Positions 9,818 to 20,719 of a stretch of 64,000 nt of DNA are shown one piece after another. The position numbers and the translations under genes were made by a program. The stretch comes from an uncultured Pelagibacteraceae bacterium (GTDB lineage Bacteria; Pseudomonadota; Alphaproteobacteria; Pelagibacterales; Pelagibacteraceae): assembly GCA_902588855.1 (NCBI GenBank), contig CACIQS010000001.1:37083-101082 (forward strand), in the 5' to 3' direction. Numbering within the stretch: position 1 is the first letter of the stretch; each line of letters begins with the position of its first letter. The notes below the pieces were generated by a model, which worked only from the letters and a program-made list of their open reading frames with translations, was not told the origin of the DNA and ran no database searches.

Positions 9818-10183
9818 ATGAAACTAAATTGTCATTGCGGAGCTGTCGAAGCAGAAATTAATGCTACAGTTAATGAATTAGCAAAAATTGTAAGATGTAA
9901 TTGTTCTATTTGTAAAAGAAAAAATGCAACAATGGGCATGGTTAAAAATGAGGATTTTAAAGTTACTAAAGGAGAGGATAAATTAAAACTTTATCAATAT
10001 CATACTAAAGTTGCAAACCATTACTTTTGTATTGAATGTGGAATTTATACTCATCACAATCCAAGAAGTGCACCCGCTATGACTGGTTTTAATTTAGGAT
10101 GTGTCGATGAGGTTAAAGTTGAAGATATAAAAGAAATAGCTCAATTTGATGGTCTCAACCATCCAATGGATCAAGAAAAATAA
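9818..10183 (+). CDS. GFA/CENP-V family zinc protein
   Basis: CHCGAV, CNCSIC, HYFCIECGI zinc ligands; SD AGGAG. Confidence 0.92.
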   Translation: MKLNCHCGAVEAEINATVNELAKIVRCNCSICKRKNATMGMVKNEDFKVTKGEDKLKLYQYHTKVANHYFCIECGIYTHHNPRSAPAMTGFNLGCVDEVKVEDIKEIAQFDGLNHPMDQEK

Positions 10184-10190
10184 AAGTTCA

Positions 10191-11117
10191 ATGCAATCTG
10201 CTGCTGACTGTTTTAAAAAAGTTAAAAGTGATTGTATAAAATTTATTAAATCACAAGAGACCTCAAAAGAAAAGTTTAGCAACAAAGATAAGATGCTTAA
10301 ATCTTTTCTAATTCCAGTAAGTTTTTGGATTGCAAAAAAAGCAAATAATAAAAAACCTTTCTTTGTTGGTTTAGCAGGAGGACAAGGTACTGGCAAAACA
10401 ACAATAAGCTCAATTATAAAAATTATATTAGAAAAATATTTTAAATTAAAAGTATTTAAAATTTCTATTGATGATTTTTATAAAACTAGAAAAGAAAGAT
10501 CTATTTTGTCAAAAAAAGTTCATCCAATGTTAATGACGAGGGGAGTACCAGGGACACATGATGTAAAAATTATGTTGGATTTCTTTAAAAAATCAAAAAA
10601 CAAAAACTTTAAATCAATTCAGTTACCAAGTTTTAACAAGGCAGTTGATGACCGATCACCCAAAAAAAATTGGTATAATATTAAAGAGCAACCAGATGTA
10701 ATTATATTTGAGGGCTGGTGTGTTGGAGCAAGAGCAGAAGTTAACAAAACACTTAAAAAGTCAATTAATTCTCTTGAACGAACTAAAGATCCAAAACAAA
10801 TTTGGAGAAAATATGTAAATGATCAACTAAAGACAAAATACAAAAAATTGTATTCTCAACTAAATTGTTTGATTTATTTAAAAGCTAAAAATTTTAGTTT
10901 GCTTCAGAAATGGAGACTTAAACAAGAGCACAAGTTATGGTTAAATACTAAAAATAAATCTAGTCATAAAATAATGAGTAAAGGAGATGTGATTAATTTT
11001 ATGCAAACCTACCAAAGAATTACACAGAACATGTTTAAATTTGCTCCAAAATATTCTACAATTATTTTAAATTTAAATAGCAATCATCAAATTAAGACAA
11101 TAAAATACAATAAATGA
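10191..11117 (+). CDS. P-loop kinase, D-glycerate 3-kinase (GLYK)-like
   Basis: GLAGGQGTGKTT, SIDDFY, RGVPGTHD, IFEGWCVG, WRLKQE. Start placed at ATG 10191 to avoid overlap with the GFA gene. Confidence 0.75.
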   Translation: MQSAADCFKKVKSDCIKFIKSQETSKEKFSNKDKMLKSFLIPVSFWIAKKANNKKPFFVGLAGGQGTGKTTISSIIKIILEKYFKLKVFKISIDDFYKTRKERSILSKKVHPMLMTRGVPGTHDVKIMLDFFKKSKNKNFKSIQLPSFNKAVDDRSPKKNWYNIKEQPDVIIFEGWCVGARAEVNKTLKKSINSLERTKDPKQIWRKYVNDQLKTKYKKLYSQLNCLIYLKAKNFSLLQKWRLKQEHKLWLNTKNKSSHKIMSKGDVINFMQTYQRITQNMFKFAPKYSTIILNLNSNHQIKTIKYNK

Positions 11118-12412
11118 AAAAATTTTTATTAATTATCTTTTGCACAATCATTTTTCCATTAAGCGCATTTTCAGCTTCTTTACAAGAAGCACTAAAACAA
11201 ACTTTTGATAATAATCTTGAGCTTCAAGCAGAGAGAAAAAATTTAGAAATTCAACAAGAAGTAATCAATATGTCTAGAAGTGATTTATTACCTTCTTTGA
11301 CTCTTACAGGTAAAAAAAATTTTGAAGAAACAAATGAAATTACTACACAAGCTGGAGCAGATACATCAGTTACAGATGTAAACACAGGATCAGCTTCAAT
11401 TAAACTTGAACAAACATTGCTTGATGGAAGTGGAAGAAAAACAGAATATGAAAAAAGTAAGTTAGGATTAAATTTAACAGAAGCAAAATTAATACAAAAA
11501 GAACAAGAAATATTCTTAAGAGCTATTGAAGCATACACAGGATTAATTTTAGCTTATGAAAAATTAAATATTAATGAGGAAAATGTAAATTTACTTCAAA
11601 GACAATTTGAATTAGATAATGCTAGATTAAGTAGAGGACAAATCACAGCATCTGATTTAGCACAATCGCAATCTTCTCTTGCAGGTGCGCAAGCAAGGTA
11701 CATTGAAGCTCAAAATAATATAGTAACTAGCAAATTAAATTATGAAAATGTAATTGGAACTATTGCTGAAGAAGCAAAATTAAAAAAAATATATAATGTA
11801 CAAGTAACAATCCCTAAAAATTTAAGTGAAGCTAAAAAAATATCTTTAGAGAAAAGTCCAGAGCTAATTATTGCTGAAATAGAATACGGTCAATCAGAAT
11901 TAGATGTTAAAATTGCAAGATCTGATCTTTCACCAACAGCAAAAATCTCTCTAGAGAGAACTTATACTGATGATTTGAGCTCAACTTACGATGAAAGAGA
12001 AAAAGATGTTTTACAAGCAACTGTTTCGTGGCCTTTTCAATTTGGTGGAAAAAATAAATCTAATGTAACTAAAAATCTTCAAGCTAAAGGCATGAAAAGA
12101 TTGTTGTTAGAAAATGCACAGAAAAATAATACGCAGTCAGTGACTTCTTCTTGGTCAACTTTACAATCTTCAAGAAGTTTTTTACAAGCTGTACAATCTC
12201 AAGTTAAAGCTTCAGAAGTTGCAACTGAAGGAATTAGCTTTGAATATGAAAGCGGATCTGGAAGGTCTACTTTTGATGTTCTTCAATCTAGATCAAACTT
12301 AATAAACGCAAAAATTAATCTTGCTGAAGCTGAAAGAAGCTATTTATTAGCTCAATATAGAGTTTTAAAATCAGTAGGACTTTTAAATAGCGACTATTTA
12401 AATCTTAAGTAA
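11114..12412 (+). CDS. tolC: TolC family outer-membrane channel
   Basis: Signal peptide, SLQEALKQTFDNN, two helical repeats, GSGRSTFDVL, YRVLKSVGLL. Confidence 0.88.
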   Translation: MKKFLLIIFCTIIFPLSAFSASLQEALKQTFDNNLELQAERKNLEIQQEVINMSRSDLLPSLTLTGKKNFEETNEITTQAGADTSVTDVNTGSASIKLEQTLLDGSGRKTEYEKSKLGLNLTEAKLIQKEQEIFLRAIEAYTGLILAYEKLNINEENVNLLQRQFELDNARLSRGQITASDLAQSQSSLAGAQARYIEAQNNIVTSKLNYENVIGTIAEEAKLKKIYNVQVTIPKNLSEAKKISLEKSPELIIAEIEYGQSELDVKIARSDLSPTAKISLERTYTDDLSSTYDEREKDVLQATVSWPFQFGGKNKSNVTKNLQAKGMKRLLLENAQKNNTQSVTSSWSTLQSSRSFLQAVQSQVKASEVATEGISFEYESGSGRSTFDVLQSRSNLINAKINLAEAERSYLLAQYRVLKSVGLLNSDYLNLK

Positions 12413-12455
12413 TTCAGTCTTTTTTTATCAGCTAAAACAAAGATCTTGCCAATGA

Positions 12456-12470
12456 GAACAAAATGTGTAC
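12456..12470 (+). promoter_or_regulatory. LexA box upstream of recA, GAAC-N7-GTAC
   Basis: GAACaaaatgtGTAC about 50 nt before the recA ATG, directly downstream of a TTGCCA -35-like hexamer (12446-12451). Confidence 0.85.
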
Positions 12471-12519
12471 ATTTATATCATGATTCGACTGTTAAAAAAC
12501 GTAAAAAAAGAGGCAAAAA

Positions 12520-13674
12520 ATGACGAAAAATAACCTAAAAGTAGTTAAATCTACTAAAGATCAAGAAATGGATGTTAAAGAAAAGAACAAAGCTTTAGAT
12601 GCTGCAATAGCTCAAATTACAGATAATTTTGGAAAAGGCTCTGTAATGAAGCTTGGTGAAAAGAGAGCGATGGATATCGAGTCTGTTTCAACAGGTTCTT
12701 TAAGTCTTGATTTAGCTTTAGGTATAGGTGGATTGCCAAAAGGAAGAATTATCGAAGTTTATGGACCAGAGTCATCAGGTAAAACTACTTTAGCATTACA
12801 AGTTGTTGCTGAAGCACAAAAAGCTGGAGGCATTTGTGCATTTGTTGATGCAGAGCATGCTTTAGATCCAGTTTATGCAAAAAAATTAGGTGTAAATACA
12901 GAAGAACTTTTAATTTCACAGCCAGATACTGGTGAACAAGCGTTAGAAATCGCTGATACGCTAGTAAAATCAGGCTCTATTTCAGTAATCGTAATCGACT
13001 CAGTTGCAGCTTTAACTCCTAAAGCTGAAATTGAAGGTGAAATGGGAGATCATCATGTTGGTCTTCAATCAAGATTAATGAGTCAGGCTTTGAGAAAATT
13101 AACAGGTTCAATTTCAAACACAAACACAATGATGATTTTTATTAACCAAATCAGAATGAAAATTGGAGTTATGTTTGGAAGTCCAGAAACAACATCTGGC
13201 GGTAATGCACTTAAGTTCTACTCATCTGTTAGAATGGATATTAGAAGAATTGGTGCCATTAAAGATAAAGATGAAATTATTGGTAACTCTACAAGAGTGA
13301 AAGTAGTTAAGAATAAAGTAGCGCCACCATTTAAAGTTGTTGAATTTGACTTGATGTATGGAAGAGGAATTAGCAAGATGGGTGAATTAGTCGATCTTGG
13401 TTCTAAAGCAGATATAATTGAAAAATCAGGCGCATGGTATGCTTACAAGGGTGAGAAGATTGGTCAAGGTAGAGAGAATGCTAAGACTTATCTAGCTCAA
13501 AATCCTAAAGTTGCTGCAGAAATTGAAATGGCAATTAGAGAAAAAGCAGGTGTGATTTCTAAGAAAATAGAAGGAAATCCAATCGATCCTGAAAAATTGG
13601 AGAAAGAAAAGAAAGTAGCTGAAAAAGAAGAAGCTGAAAAAGCAGAAGCTACTCCTCCATCTAAAAAGAATTAA
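12520..13674 (+). CDS. recA: Recombinase RecA
   Basis: [46 protein letters not shown]. Confidence 0.99.
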   Translation: MTKNNLKVVKSTKDQEMDVKEKNKALDAAIAQITDNFGKGSVMKLGEKRAMDIESVSTGSLSLDLALGIGGLPKGRIIEVYGPESSGKTTLALQVVAEAQKAGGICAFVDAEHALDPVYAKKLGVNTEELLISQPDTGEQALEIADTLVKSGSISVIVIDSVAALTPKAEIEGEMGDHHVGLQSRLMSQALRKLTGSISNTNTMMIFINQIRMKIGVMFGSPETTSGGNALKFYSSVRMDIRRIGAIKDKDEIIGNSTRVKVVKNKVAPPFKVVEFDLMYGRGISKMGELVDLGSKADIIEKSGAWYAYKGEKIGQGRENAKTYLAQNPKVAAEIEMAIREKAGVISKKIEGNPIDPEKLEKEKKVAEKEEAEKAEATPPSKKN

Positions 13675-13692
13675 TAGGTCATCTTTATTAAT

Positions 13693-13721
13693 AAAAGGCG
13701 CTTAATTTAAGCGCCTTTTTT
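13693..13721 (+). terminator. Rho-independent terminator of recA
   Basis: AAAAGGCGCTTA-ATT-TAAGCGCCTTTTTT, a perfect hairpin followed by a U-tract. Confidence 0.93.
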
Positions 13722-13767
13722 CCCTTCGATATCTAGACATAGAATAAAAAAGCTGTATTTTAAAAAT

Positions 13768-16434
13768 ATGGCAGACAAAACACTCAATGAAATAAGAAAT
13801 ACTTTCTTAAAGTATTTTGAAAAAAACGATCACAAGATTGTTGAGTCTAGTAATTTAGTTCCTAACAACGATCCTACATTGATGTTTGCAAATTCTGGAA
13901 TGGTTCAGTTTAAGAATGTTTTTACAGGATTAGAAAAAAGAGATTATGTGAGAGCCACAACTTCACAAAAATGTGTAAGGGCAGGTGGTAAGCATAACGA
14001 TTTAGAAAATGTTGGTTATACACCTCGTCACCATACATTTTTTGAAATGTTAGGAAATTTTTCTTTTGGAGATTATTTTAAAGAACAAGCAATTCATTAT
14101 GCTTGGGACTTAATAACAAAAGATTTTGGAATAGATAAAAATAGACTTTATGTAACTGTATTTCATGAAGATGATGAAGCCTTTAATTTTTGGAAGAAAA
14201 TAGCGGGTTTTAGCGATGATCGAATAATTAGAATTGCTACATCAGACAATTTTTGGTCAATGGGTGAGACAGGACCTTGCGGACCTTGCTCTGAAATATT
14301 CTTTGATCATGGTGATCATTTACCAGGTGGATTGCCTGGAACTAAAAATGAGGATGGAGATAGATTTATCGAAATTTGGAATTTAGTCTTTATGCAATTT
14401 GAACAAGTTACAAAAGATAAAAGAGTAAATCTTCCAAAACCATCTGTCGATACTGGTATGGGTTTAGAGAGAATTGCAGCTTTACTACAAGGCACACATG
14501 ATAATTATGAAACAGATCATTTCAAAAAAATAATTAACTCAGCCTCAGAAATTGTAAAAGTTAAATCAGATAAATCTAATCTTTCAAGTTTTAGAGTTAT
14601 AGCCGATCACTTAAGAGCTAGTTCATTTTTAATTGCTGAAGGTGTTTTACCTTCTAATGAGGGAAGAGGATATGTTCTTCGAAGAATAATGAGAAGAGGG
14701 ATGAGACATTCTCATTTACTCGGATCTAAAGAACCTGTTTTTTATAATTTATTTGATACTCTTAAAAATGAAATGTCTGGAAATTATCCTGAATTAGTTA
14801 GAGCCGAGTCTTTAATTAAAGAAACTTTAAAAATGGAGGAAGAAAAATTCTTAGTTCTACTAGATAGAGGAATTAAAATTTTAAATGATGAAATATCTAA
14901 AATAGATAAAGTATTGCCAGGTGAAGTAGCTTTCAAATTATATGATACCTATGGTTTCCCATTAGATCTTACAGAAGATATTTTAAGAAATAAATCAATG
15001 TCAATTGATACTGAAAAGTTTCAATCTTTAATGAAGGAAAGTAGAGAGCTTGCTAAGAAAAATTGGAAAGGTTCAGGTGATGCAGCGGTTGAAGATATCT
15101 GGTTTGGAATAAAAGATAAAATTGAGCCAACTGAATTTTTAGGATATGAAACTAATCAAGCTGAAGGTGTCGTGTTATCTCTTTTAAAAGACACCAAAGA
15201 GGTAGATCACTTAAAAGAAAATGATGAGGGAATGATTATAGTAAATCAAACTCCTTTCTATGGTGAGTCTGGAGGTCAGGTTGGTGATACTGGTGAAATA
15301 GTATCAAATGATTTTAAATTTGAGGTAACTGATGTTCAAAAAAAACTTGGAGATTTATTTGTACACTACGGAAGGGTTAAGAGTGGATCTATAAAACTAC
15401 AGGAAAGCGTAGAGTTAAAAATTGATGTGGATAGAAGAGACAATACTCGAGCTTATCACTCAGCAACTCATTTATTACACGAGTCTTTAAGGAGAGTTCT
15501 TGGTACGCATGTTACTCAGAAAGGATCTTTAGTGGAACCAAGCAGGTTAAGGTTTGATTTCAGCCATATGAAGCCAATTTTAAATGAGGAAATTGATAAA
15601 ATAGAAGAGTTTGTAAACAAAATGGTTTCAAAAAAATCTGATGTAAAAACTAGATTAATGACACCTGATGAAGCAGTTGAAAATGGTGCTTTAGCATTAT
15701 TTGGGGAAAAATATGGTGATGAAGTGAGGGTTCTTTCAATGGGAGACGAGGATGGAAAATATTTTTCAACAGAATTATGTGGTGGAACACACGTCAAAAA
15801 CACTGGTGATATTGGTAAATTTAAAATCGTTAGCCAATCATCAATTGCCGCAGGTGTTAGAAGAATTGAGGCTTTAAGAGACAAGCAATTAGAGGAATAT
15901 TTAAAAAATAAAGAGAAATTATCAAACCTATCTGCAGAAAAAGACGAAGAAACTATAAAAGATTTAAGTCAGCAAATTATTAAATTGGGAGGAAAACTAA
16001 GTTTAGAAGAAGCTGATCAAAAAACTCTAATAAAAAATTTAACTAAACAATTAGAAACTATCTCAGTAAATGCAATTTTAGATGATAAATCAAAAAATAT
16101 TATTAAAGATGAAGAAATTAATGGAGTTAAGTTAAGACTTCAAAAAATAGATGGATTGCCTCCAAAAGAATTAAGAAAACTTGTAGATAAAGGTAAAAAG
16201 GATTTAGGCGAAGGTATTGTGGTTGTATTTGCAAATAAAGATGACAAGGTTGGATTAGCTGTTGGAATAACAGACAATTTAATCAACAAGTTTGATGCAG
16301 TTCAATTTGTTAAAGTTGGATCTGAAATAATTGGTGGTAAAGGCGGTGGAGGAAGAAAAGACTTTGCTCAAGCTGGTGGACAGGATCAATCAAAAATTGA
16401 AGAAGCTTTTGAAAAGTTTAAGAGTTTAGTTTAA
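13768..16434 (+). CDS. alaS: Alanine--tRNA ligase
   Basis: [55 protein letters not shown]. Confidence 0.99.
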   Translation: MADKTLNEIRNTFLKYFEKNDHKIVESSNLVPNNDPTLMFANSGMVQFKNVFTGLEKRDYVRATTSQKCVRAGGKHNDLENVGYTPRHHTFFEMLGNFSFGDYFKEQAIHYAWDLITKDFGIDKNRLYVTVFHEDDEAFNFWKKIAGFSDDRIIRIATSDNFWSMGETGPCGPCSEIFFDHGDHLPGGLPGTKNEDGDRFIEIWNLVFMQFEQVTKDKRVNLPKPSVDTGMGLERIAALLQGTHDNYETDHFKKIINSASEIVKVKSDKSNLSSFRVIADHLRASSFLIAEGVLPSNEGRGYVLRRIMRRGMRHSHLLGSKEPVFYNLFDTLKNEMSGNYPELVRAESLIKETLKMEEEKFLVLLDRGIKILNDEISKIDKVLPGEVAFKLYDTYGFPLDLTEDILRNKSMSIDTEKFQSLMKESRELAKKNWKGSGDAAVEDIWFGIKDKIEPTEFLGYETNQAEGVVLSLLKDTKEVDHLKENDEGMIIVNQTPFYGESGGQVGDTGEIVSNDFKFEVTDVQKKLGDLFVHYGRVKSGSIKLQESVELKIDVDRRDNTRAYHSATHLLHESLRRVLGTHVTQKGSLVEPSRLRFDFSHMKPILNEEIDKIEEFVNKMVSKKSDVKTRLMTPDEAVENGALALFGEKYGDEVRVLSMGDEDGKYFSTELCGGTHVKNTGDIGKFKIVSQSSIAAGVRRIEALRDKQLEEYLKNKEKLSNLSAEKDEETIKDLSQQIIKLGGKLSLEEADQKTLIKNLTKQLETISVNAILDDKSKNIIKDEEINGVKLRLQKIDGLPPKELRKLVDKGKKDLGEGIVVVFANKDDKVGLAVGITDNLINKFDAVQFVKVGSEIIGGKGGGGRKDFAQAGGQDQSKIEEAFEKFKSLV

Positions 16435-17640
16435 TTTCTTTTTTAAATTACCATCAATTTCGTCTAAAAATTGATTAGTAGTTAAAAACTTACTGTTGGG
16501 TCCAACAAGGATTGCTAAATCTTTTGTCATTGAACCATTTTCAACACATTCAATGCATACTGCCTCTAATGTTTGAGCAAATTTAATTAATTCTTGATTG
16601 TTATCTAATTTTCCTCTGTGAGCTAATCCTCTTGTCCATGCAAATATAGAAGCAATAGGATTTGTAGATGTTTCTTTTCCTTGTTGATGCATTCTGTAAT
16701 GTCTAGTTACAGTTCCATGAGCTGCTTCAGCTTCCATAACTTTTCCGTCAGGAGTTAATAGAGTACTTGTCATCAATCCTAATGACCCATAACCTTGAGC
16801 CATAGTATCTGATTGGACATCACCATCATAATTTTTACACGCCCAAATATATTTTCCACTCCACTTCATTGCACATGCAACCATGTCGTCAATTAACCTG
16901 TGTTCATAAGTAAGATTATGTTTTTCGAATTCTCCTTTATATTCATTGTCAAAAACTTCTTGAAAAATATCTTTAAATCTTCCATCGTATTGTTTTAAAA
17001 TTGTATTTTTTGTAGACATATAGACTGGCCATTTTTTAATTAAGCCATAGCTAAAGCACGATCTTGCAAAGTCTTGAATAGATTTATCTAAATTGTACAT
17101 TGATAGTGCTACACCTGGACCTGTAAAATTAAATACTTCGTATTTTATTTCTTCTTTTCCATCCTCAGAAGTCCATTTAACTTCCATTTTACCTTTTCCA
17201 GGTACTTTAAAATCTGTAGCTCTATATTGATCACCAAAAGCATGTCTTCCAATAATTACAGGATCTGTCCATGAAGGGACTAACTTTGGTATATTTTTAC
17301 AAATAATTGGTTCTCTAAAGACTGTACCTCCAATAATATTTCTGATTGTTCCATTTGGAGATCTCCACATTTTTTTCAAATCAAATTCTTCTACTCTTGC
17401 TTCATCTGGAGTGATTGTTGCACATTTAATTCCAACACCAACCTTTTTGATTGCATTTGCTGAATCTATAGTGATCTGGTCATCTGTATTATCTCTACTT
17501 TTCATTCCAAGATCGTAATATTCAATACCAAGATCGATATATGGAAGGATTAATTTGTTTTTAATAAACTCCCAAATAATTCGAGTCATTTCATCGCCAT
17601 CTAACTCTACAACTGGGTTATTTACCTTGATTTTACTCAT
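16426..17640 (-). CDS. icd: NADP-dependent isocitrate dehydrogenase
   Basis: [44 protein letters not shown]. Confidence 0.99.
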   Translation of the reverse strand: MSKIKVNNPVVELDGDEMTRIIWEFIKNKLILPYIDLGIEYYDLGMKSRDNTDDQITIDSANAIKKVGVGIKCATITPDEARVEEFDLKKMWRSPNGTIRNIIGGTVFREPIICKNIPKLVPSWTDPVIIGRHAFGDQYRATDFKVPGKGKMEVKWTSEDGKEEIKYEVFNFTGPGVALSMYNLDKSIQDFARSCFSYGLIKKWPVYMSTKNTILKQYDGRFKDIFQEVFDNEYKGEFEKHNLTYEHRLIDDMVACAMKWSGKYIWACKNYDGDVQSDTMAQGYGSLGLMTSTLLTPDGKVMEAEAAHGTVTRHYRMHQQGKETSTNPIASIFAWTRGLAHRGKLDNNQELIKFAQTLEAVCIECVENGSMTKDLAILVGPNSKFLTTNQFLDEIDGNLKKKLN

Positions 17641-17717
17641 TAAATTAAATTTATCTTATTAATTGAATTTGATTGGTTTATATACATATTAATCGAAAAA
17701 TTAGCAAATAGAAGAAT

Positions 17718-18365
17718 ATGTTTACCAAAATATTTCCAAAGATACACACTGAGGGTTACAAGTTTATTGTAATCGCAGGTTTCATTACAATCATCTTGTT
17801 AATAGTAAATGGATTTTTAGGATTAATAGGATTGTTGTTAACAATATGGGTTTATTATTTCTTTAGAGATCCTGAAAGAGCAATCATTGGAGACGACAAT
17901 TATCTAGTAAGCCCAGCTGATGGAGAAGTGATTAAAGTTGAAGAGGTAGATGGACCAGAAGAATTAAACTTAGAAAATAAGAAATTTAAAAAAATTAGTA
18001 TCTTCATGAATGTATTTGATTGTCATGTAAATAGAACCCCATGTTCAGGACAAGTTGAAGATATTTTATATAAGCCAGGAAAATTTTTAAATGCTTCATT
18101 AGACAAAGCGAGTGAGGATAATGAAAGAAACTATTACAAACTAAAAGATAATCATGGGAATGATATTGTTGTAGTTCAAATAGCAGGTTTAGTTGCAAGA
18201 AGAATTGTGTGTGAAACTAATAAAGATCAGACACTTAATCAAGGGGATCGAATTGGGATGATAAGATTTGGAAGTAGAGCAGATGTTTACTATGAAAATT
18301 ATGAACCTTTAGTTAAAATAGGTCAAACTGCAATTTCAGGTGAAACTCTATTAGCCAAAAGATAG
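17718..18365 (+). CDS. psd: Phosphatidylserine decarboxylase proenzyme
   Basis: FFRDPER, SPADG, FDCHVNR, IRFGSRAD self-cleavage motif. Confidence 0.96.
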   Translation: MFTKIFPKIHTEGYKFIVIAGFITIILLIVNGFLGLIGLLLTIWVYYFFRDPERAIIGDDNYLVSPADGEVIKVEEVDGPEELNLENKKFKKISIFMNVFDCHVNRTPCSGQVEDILYKPGKFLNASLDKASEDNERNYYKLKDNHGNDIVVVQIAGLVARRIVCETNKDQTLNQGDRIGMIRFGSRADVYYENYEPLVKIGQTAISGETLLAKR

Positions 18366-18367
18366 AT

Positions 18368-19171
18368 ATGCAACAACCAAAAAAAAATTTCAAAATAGTT
18401 TCTGAAAAAAGAAGCGCAAGAGTAATTTTGCCTAACATGCTTACACTTATAGGTGTTTGTATCGGTCTTACTTCAATAAGATTTGCATTGGATGAAAGAT
18501 ATGAGTTTGCAATTATAGCAATAATAATTGCTGCTGTAATTGATGGTTTAGATGGAAGAATTGCAAGATTAATTAAAGGGACATCAAAAGTAGGAAAAGA
18601 GCTAGACTCTTTGACTGACATGATAAGCTTTGGTGTTGCTCCAGCATTTATAATGTATTTTTGGAAATTAAATGAACTTGGAAGATTTGGTTGGTTAATT
18701 TGTTTAATATACGTAATTTGTGTTGCATTAAGATTGGCACGTTTCAATGTAAATACTGGAGGAGAACCATCCTGGAAAGATAATTTTTTTGAGGGCGTTC
18801 CATCTCCAGCAGGTGGAATTTTAGTATTAACTCCGCTGATATTTAGTATGTCTAGTATTGAATTATTTAAAATAGATTATGCAATTATTGTCCCAATATT
18901 TTTTATAATTACTTCTTTTTTATTGATAAGTAAGTTTCCAAGTTATTCATTTAAAAAAATTGTAATACAAAGAAAAGCTACAATATTTTTATTATTCAGC
19001 ATTGTTTTATTTTTTGGATTATTATTGATTTATCCTTTTAATGTAATTTCAATTAGTGCAATAATTTATCTAACTTTATTACCTATTAGTTTTTACCATT
19101 ATCAAAAACTTAAAAAAGAAAACGAAGATGCTAGTCAAATATATGACGATGACCAAGAAGATATTCTTTAA
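18368..19171 (+). CDS. pssA: CDP-diacylglycerol--serine O-phosphatidyltransferase
   Basis: PNMLTL, DGLDGRIAR, GKELDSLTD, LRLARFN, FFEGVPSPA. Confidence 0.96.
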   Translation: MQQPKKNFKIVSEKRSARVILPNMLTLIGVCIGLTSIRFALDERYEFAIIAIIIAAVIDGLDGRIARLIKGTSKVGKELDSLTDMISFGVAPAFIMYFWKLNELGRFGWLICLIYVICVALRLARFNVNTGGEPSWKDNFFEGVPSPAGGILVLTPLIFSMSSIELFKIDYAIIVPIFFIITSFLLISKFPSYSFKKIVIQRKATIFLLFSIVLFFGLLLIYPFNVISISAIIYLTLLPISFYHYQKLKKENEDASQIYDDDQEDIL

Positions 19172-20070
19172 TGAAAAAAAATGTAATTATTTCTTTAGCG
19201 GATGCAAATTATTTTGAATTATTAGATGAATTAGTAAATTCTATAAAGAGATTTAAAGAGAGTGAAAATACTGCAATTTGCATTTTAGATGCAGGATTAG
19301 AAGAGAGTCAAAAAACAGCATTAGCAACCAAAGTAGATGAAATTAAAAAAGCAGATTGGGATATTGAGGTACCTGCATTTAAAGTTAAAGGAAAAGAATG
19401 GCTAAAAAGTCAGGTATCAAGAGCTTTTTTAAAAAATTATTTTCCTGGATATAGTAAATATATGTGGATTGATGCAGATGCATGGGTCAATTCATGGGAA
19501 GCGATAGATTTATATTTTAAAGGATGTGAAAATAATAAACTTTCAATAGCAACATCAGCTGACAGAGCTTATGGAAGAGTTTTAAGAGCTGAATGGGTAT
19601 TTGGAAGTTTTGCAAGAATTAAATCTCAAAATTACAAACATGCAAAGTCCTCAGGTTTTTCTGAAAAAATTGCAAGAGAGGTAGCTTTAAAACCTCATTT
19701 GAATATTGGTGTCTTTGCATTAGAGGCAAACGCTGAACACTGGGAAGTTTGGCAAAGTAATTTAAAAAAAGCACTTTCATCTGGAAAAATTTGGGGATCT
19801 GAACAAATTGCTATGAATATTACAATTTATTCTAACAAACTACCTGTGGAGATTTTGCCAGCATATTGTAATTGGACACATATAGATGGTATGAAATTTA
19901 ACAAGGACAAAGATACTTTTGTTGAACCTTATTTGCCAAATCATGAAATAGGAATTGTTCACTTTGCAGGGAAAAATAACGATCAAATAAGAAACGATAA
20001 AAATTTCATTTCCAAAATTAAAACTTTAGACGGAGATGTAATTGAAAAAAAACTTAGGTTTTTAAAATAA
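19171..20070 (+). CDS. GT-A fold, glycosyltransferase family 8-like protein
   Basis: LADANYF, YMWIDADAWV (DxD), NIGVF, EQIAMN, CNW and IVHFAG follow the GT8 motif order. Confidence 0.6.
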   Translation: MKKNVIISLADANYFELLDELVNSIKRFKESENTAICILDAGLEESQKTALATKVDEIKKADWDIEVPAFKVKGKEWLKSQVSRAFLKNYFPGYSKYMWIDADAWVNSWEAIDLYFKGCENNKLSIATSADRAYGRVLRAEWVFGSFARIKSQNYKHAKSSGFSEKIAREVALKPHLNIGVFALEANAEHWEVWQSNLKKALSSGKIWGSEQIAMNITIYSNKLPVEILPAYCNWTHIDGMKFNKDKDTFVEPYLPNHEIGIVHFAGKNNDQIRNDKNFISKIKTLDGDVIEKKLRFLK

Positions 20071-20682
20071 TTGAAAAAAAATAAGATATCTAAAAATTGG
20101 GTTAATAAACAACGAAGAGATACTTACGTCAGACAATCGAAAGTCGATGGTTATAGAGCTCGTTCTGCTTACAAGCTTATAGAAATTGATGAAAAATTTA
20201 AAATTTTTAAAGGCGGATTAACAGTTATTGATATTGGAGCTGCCCCAGGAAGCTGGTCGCAATATGCAGCAAAAGCATCTAAAAATGGAAAATTGATTTC
20301 AATTGATTTAAAAAAGATGGAGCCGATTGGCTCAAGTCTTCAAATACAAGGTGATTTTACCGAAGAAGGTTTTCAAGAAGAAATAAAAAAAAACGCAACC
20401 TCTAAAGTGGATGTTGTGATGTCAGACATGGCTGTAAATACTACTGGGATTAAAAATATTGATTCAATTCAAACAGGTGAACTTTGCAAAGAAGCAATGG
20501 TATTTGCTAAAGATTTGTTAAATGAAAATGGTTATTTTATTTCTAAAATTTTTATGGGTGGAACTTTCAACGAAATAGTCGCAGAGGGTAAAAAATATTT
20601 TAAAGAAGTTAAGGTTTTTAAACCTAAATCAAGCAGAAAAGATTCTAAAGAAAGTTTCATAATTTGTAAAAAACTTAGATAG
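20071..20682 (+). CDS. rlmE: 23S rRNA Um2552 methyltransferase RlmE/FtsJ
   Basis: YRARSAYKL, DIGAAPGSWSQ, SDMA, KPKSSRKDSKE; TTG start. Confidence 0.96.
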   Translation: MKKNKISKNWVNKQRRDTYVRQSKVDGYRARSAYKLIEIDEKFKIFKGGLTVIDIGAAPGSWSQYAAKASKNGKLISIDLKKMEPIGSSLQIQGDFTEEGFQEEIKKNATSKVDVVMSDMAVNTTGIKNIDSIQTGELCKEAMVFAKDLLNENGYFISKIFMGGTFNEIVAEGKKYFKEVKVFKPKSSRKDSKESFIICKKLR

Positions 20683-20719
20683 AGACTTTAAAATTAAAAG
20701 GAATCATATATAAAAGATC

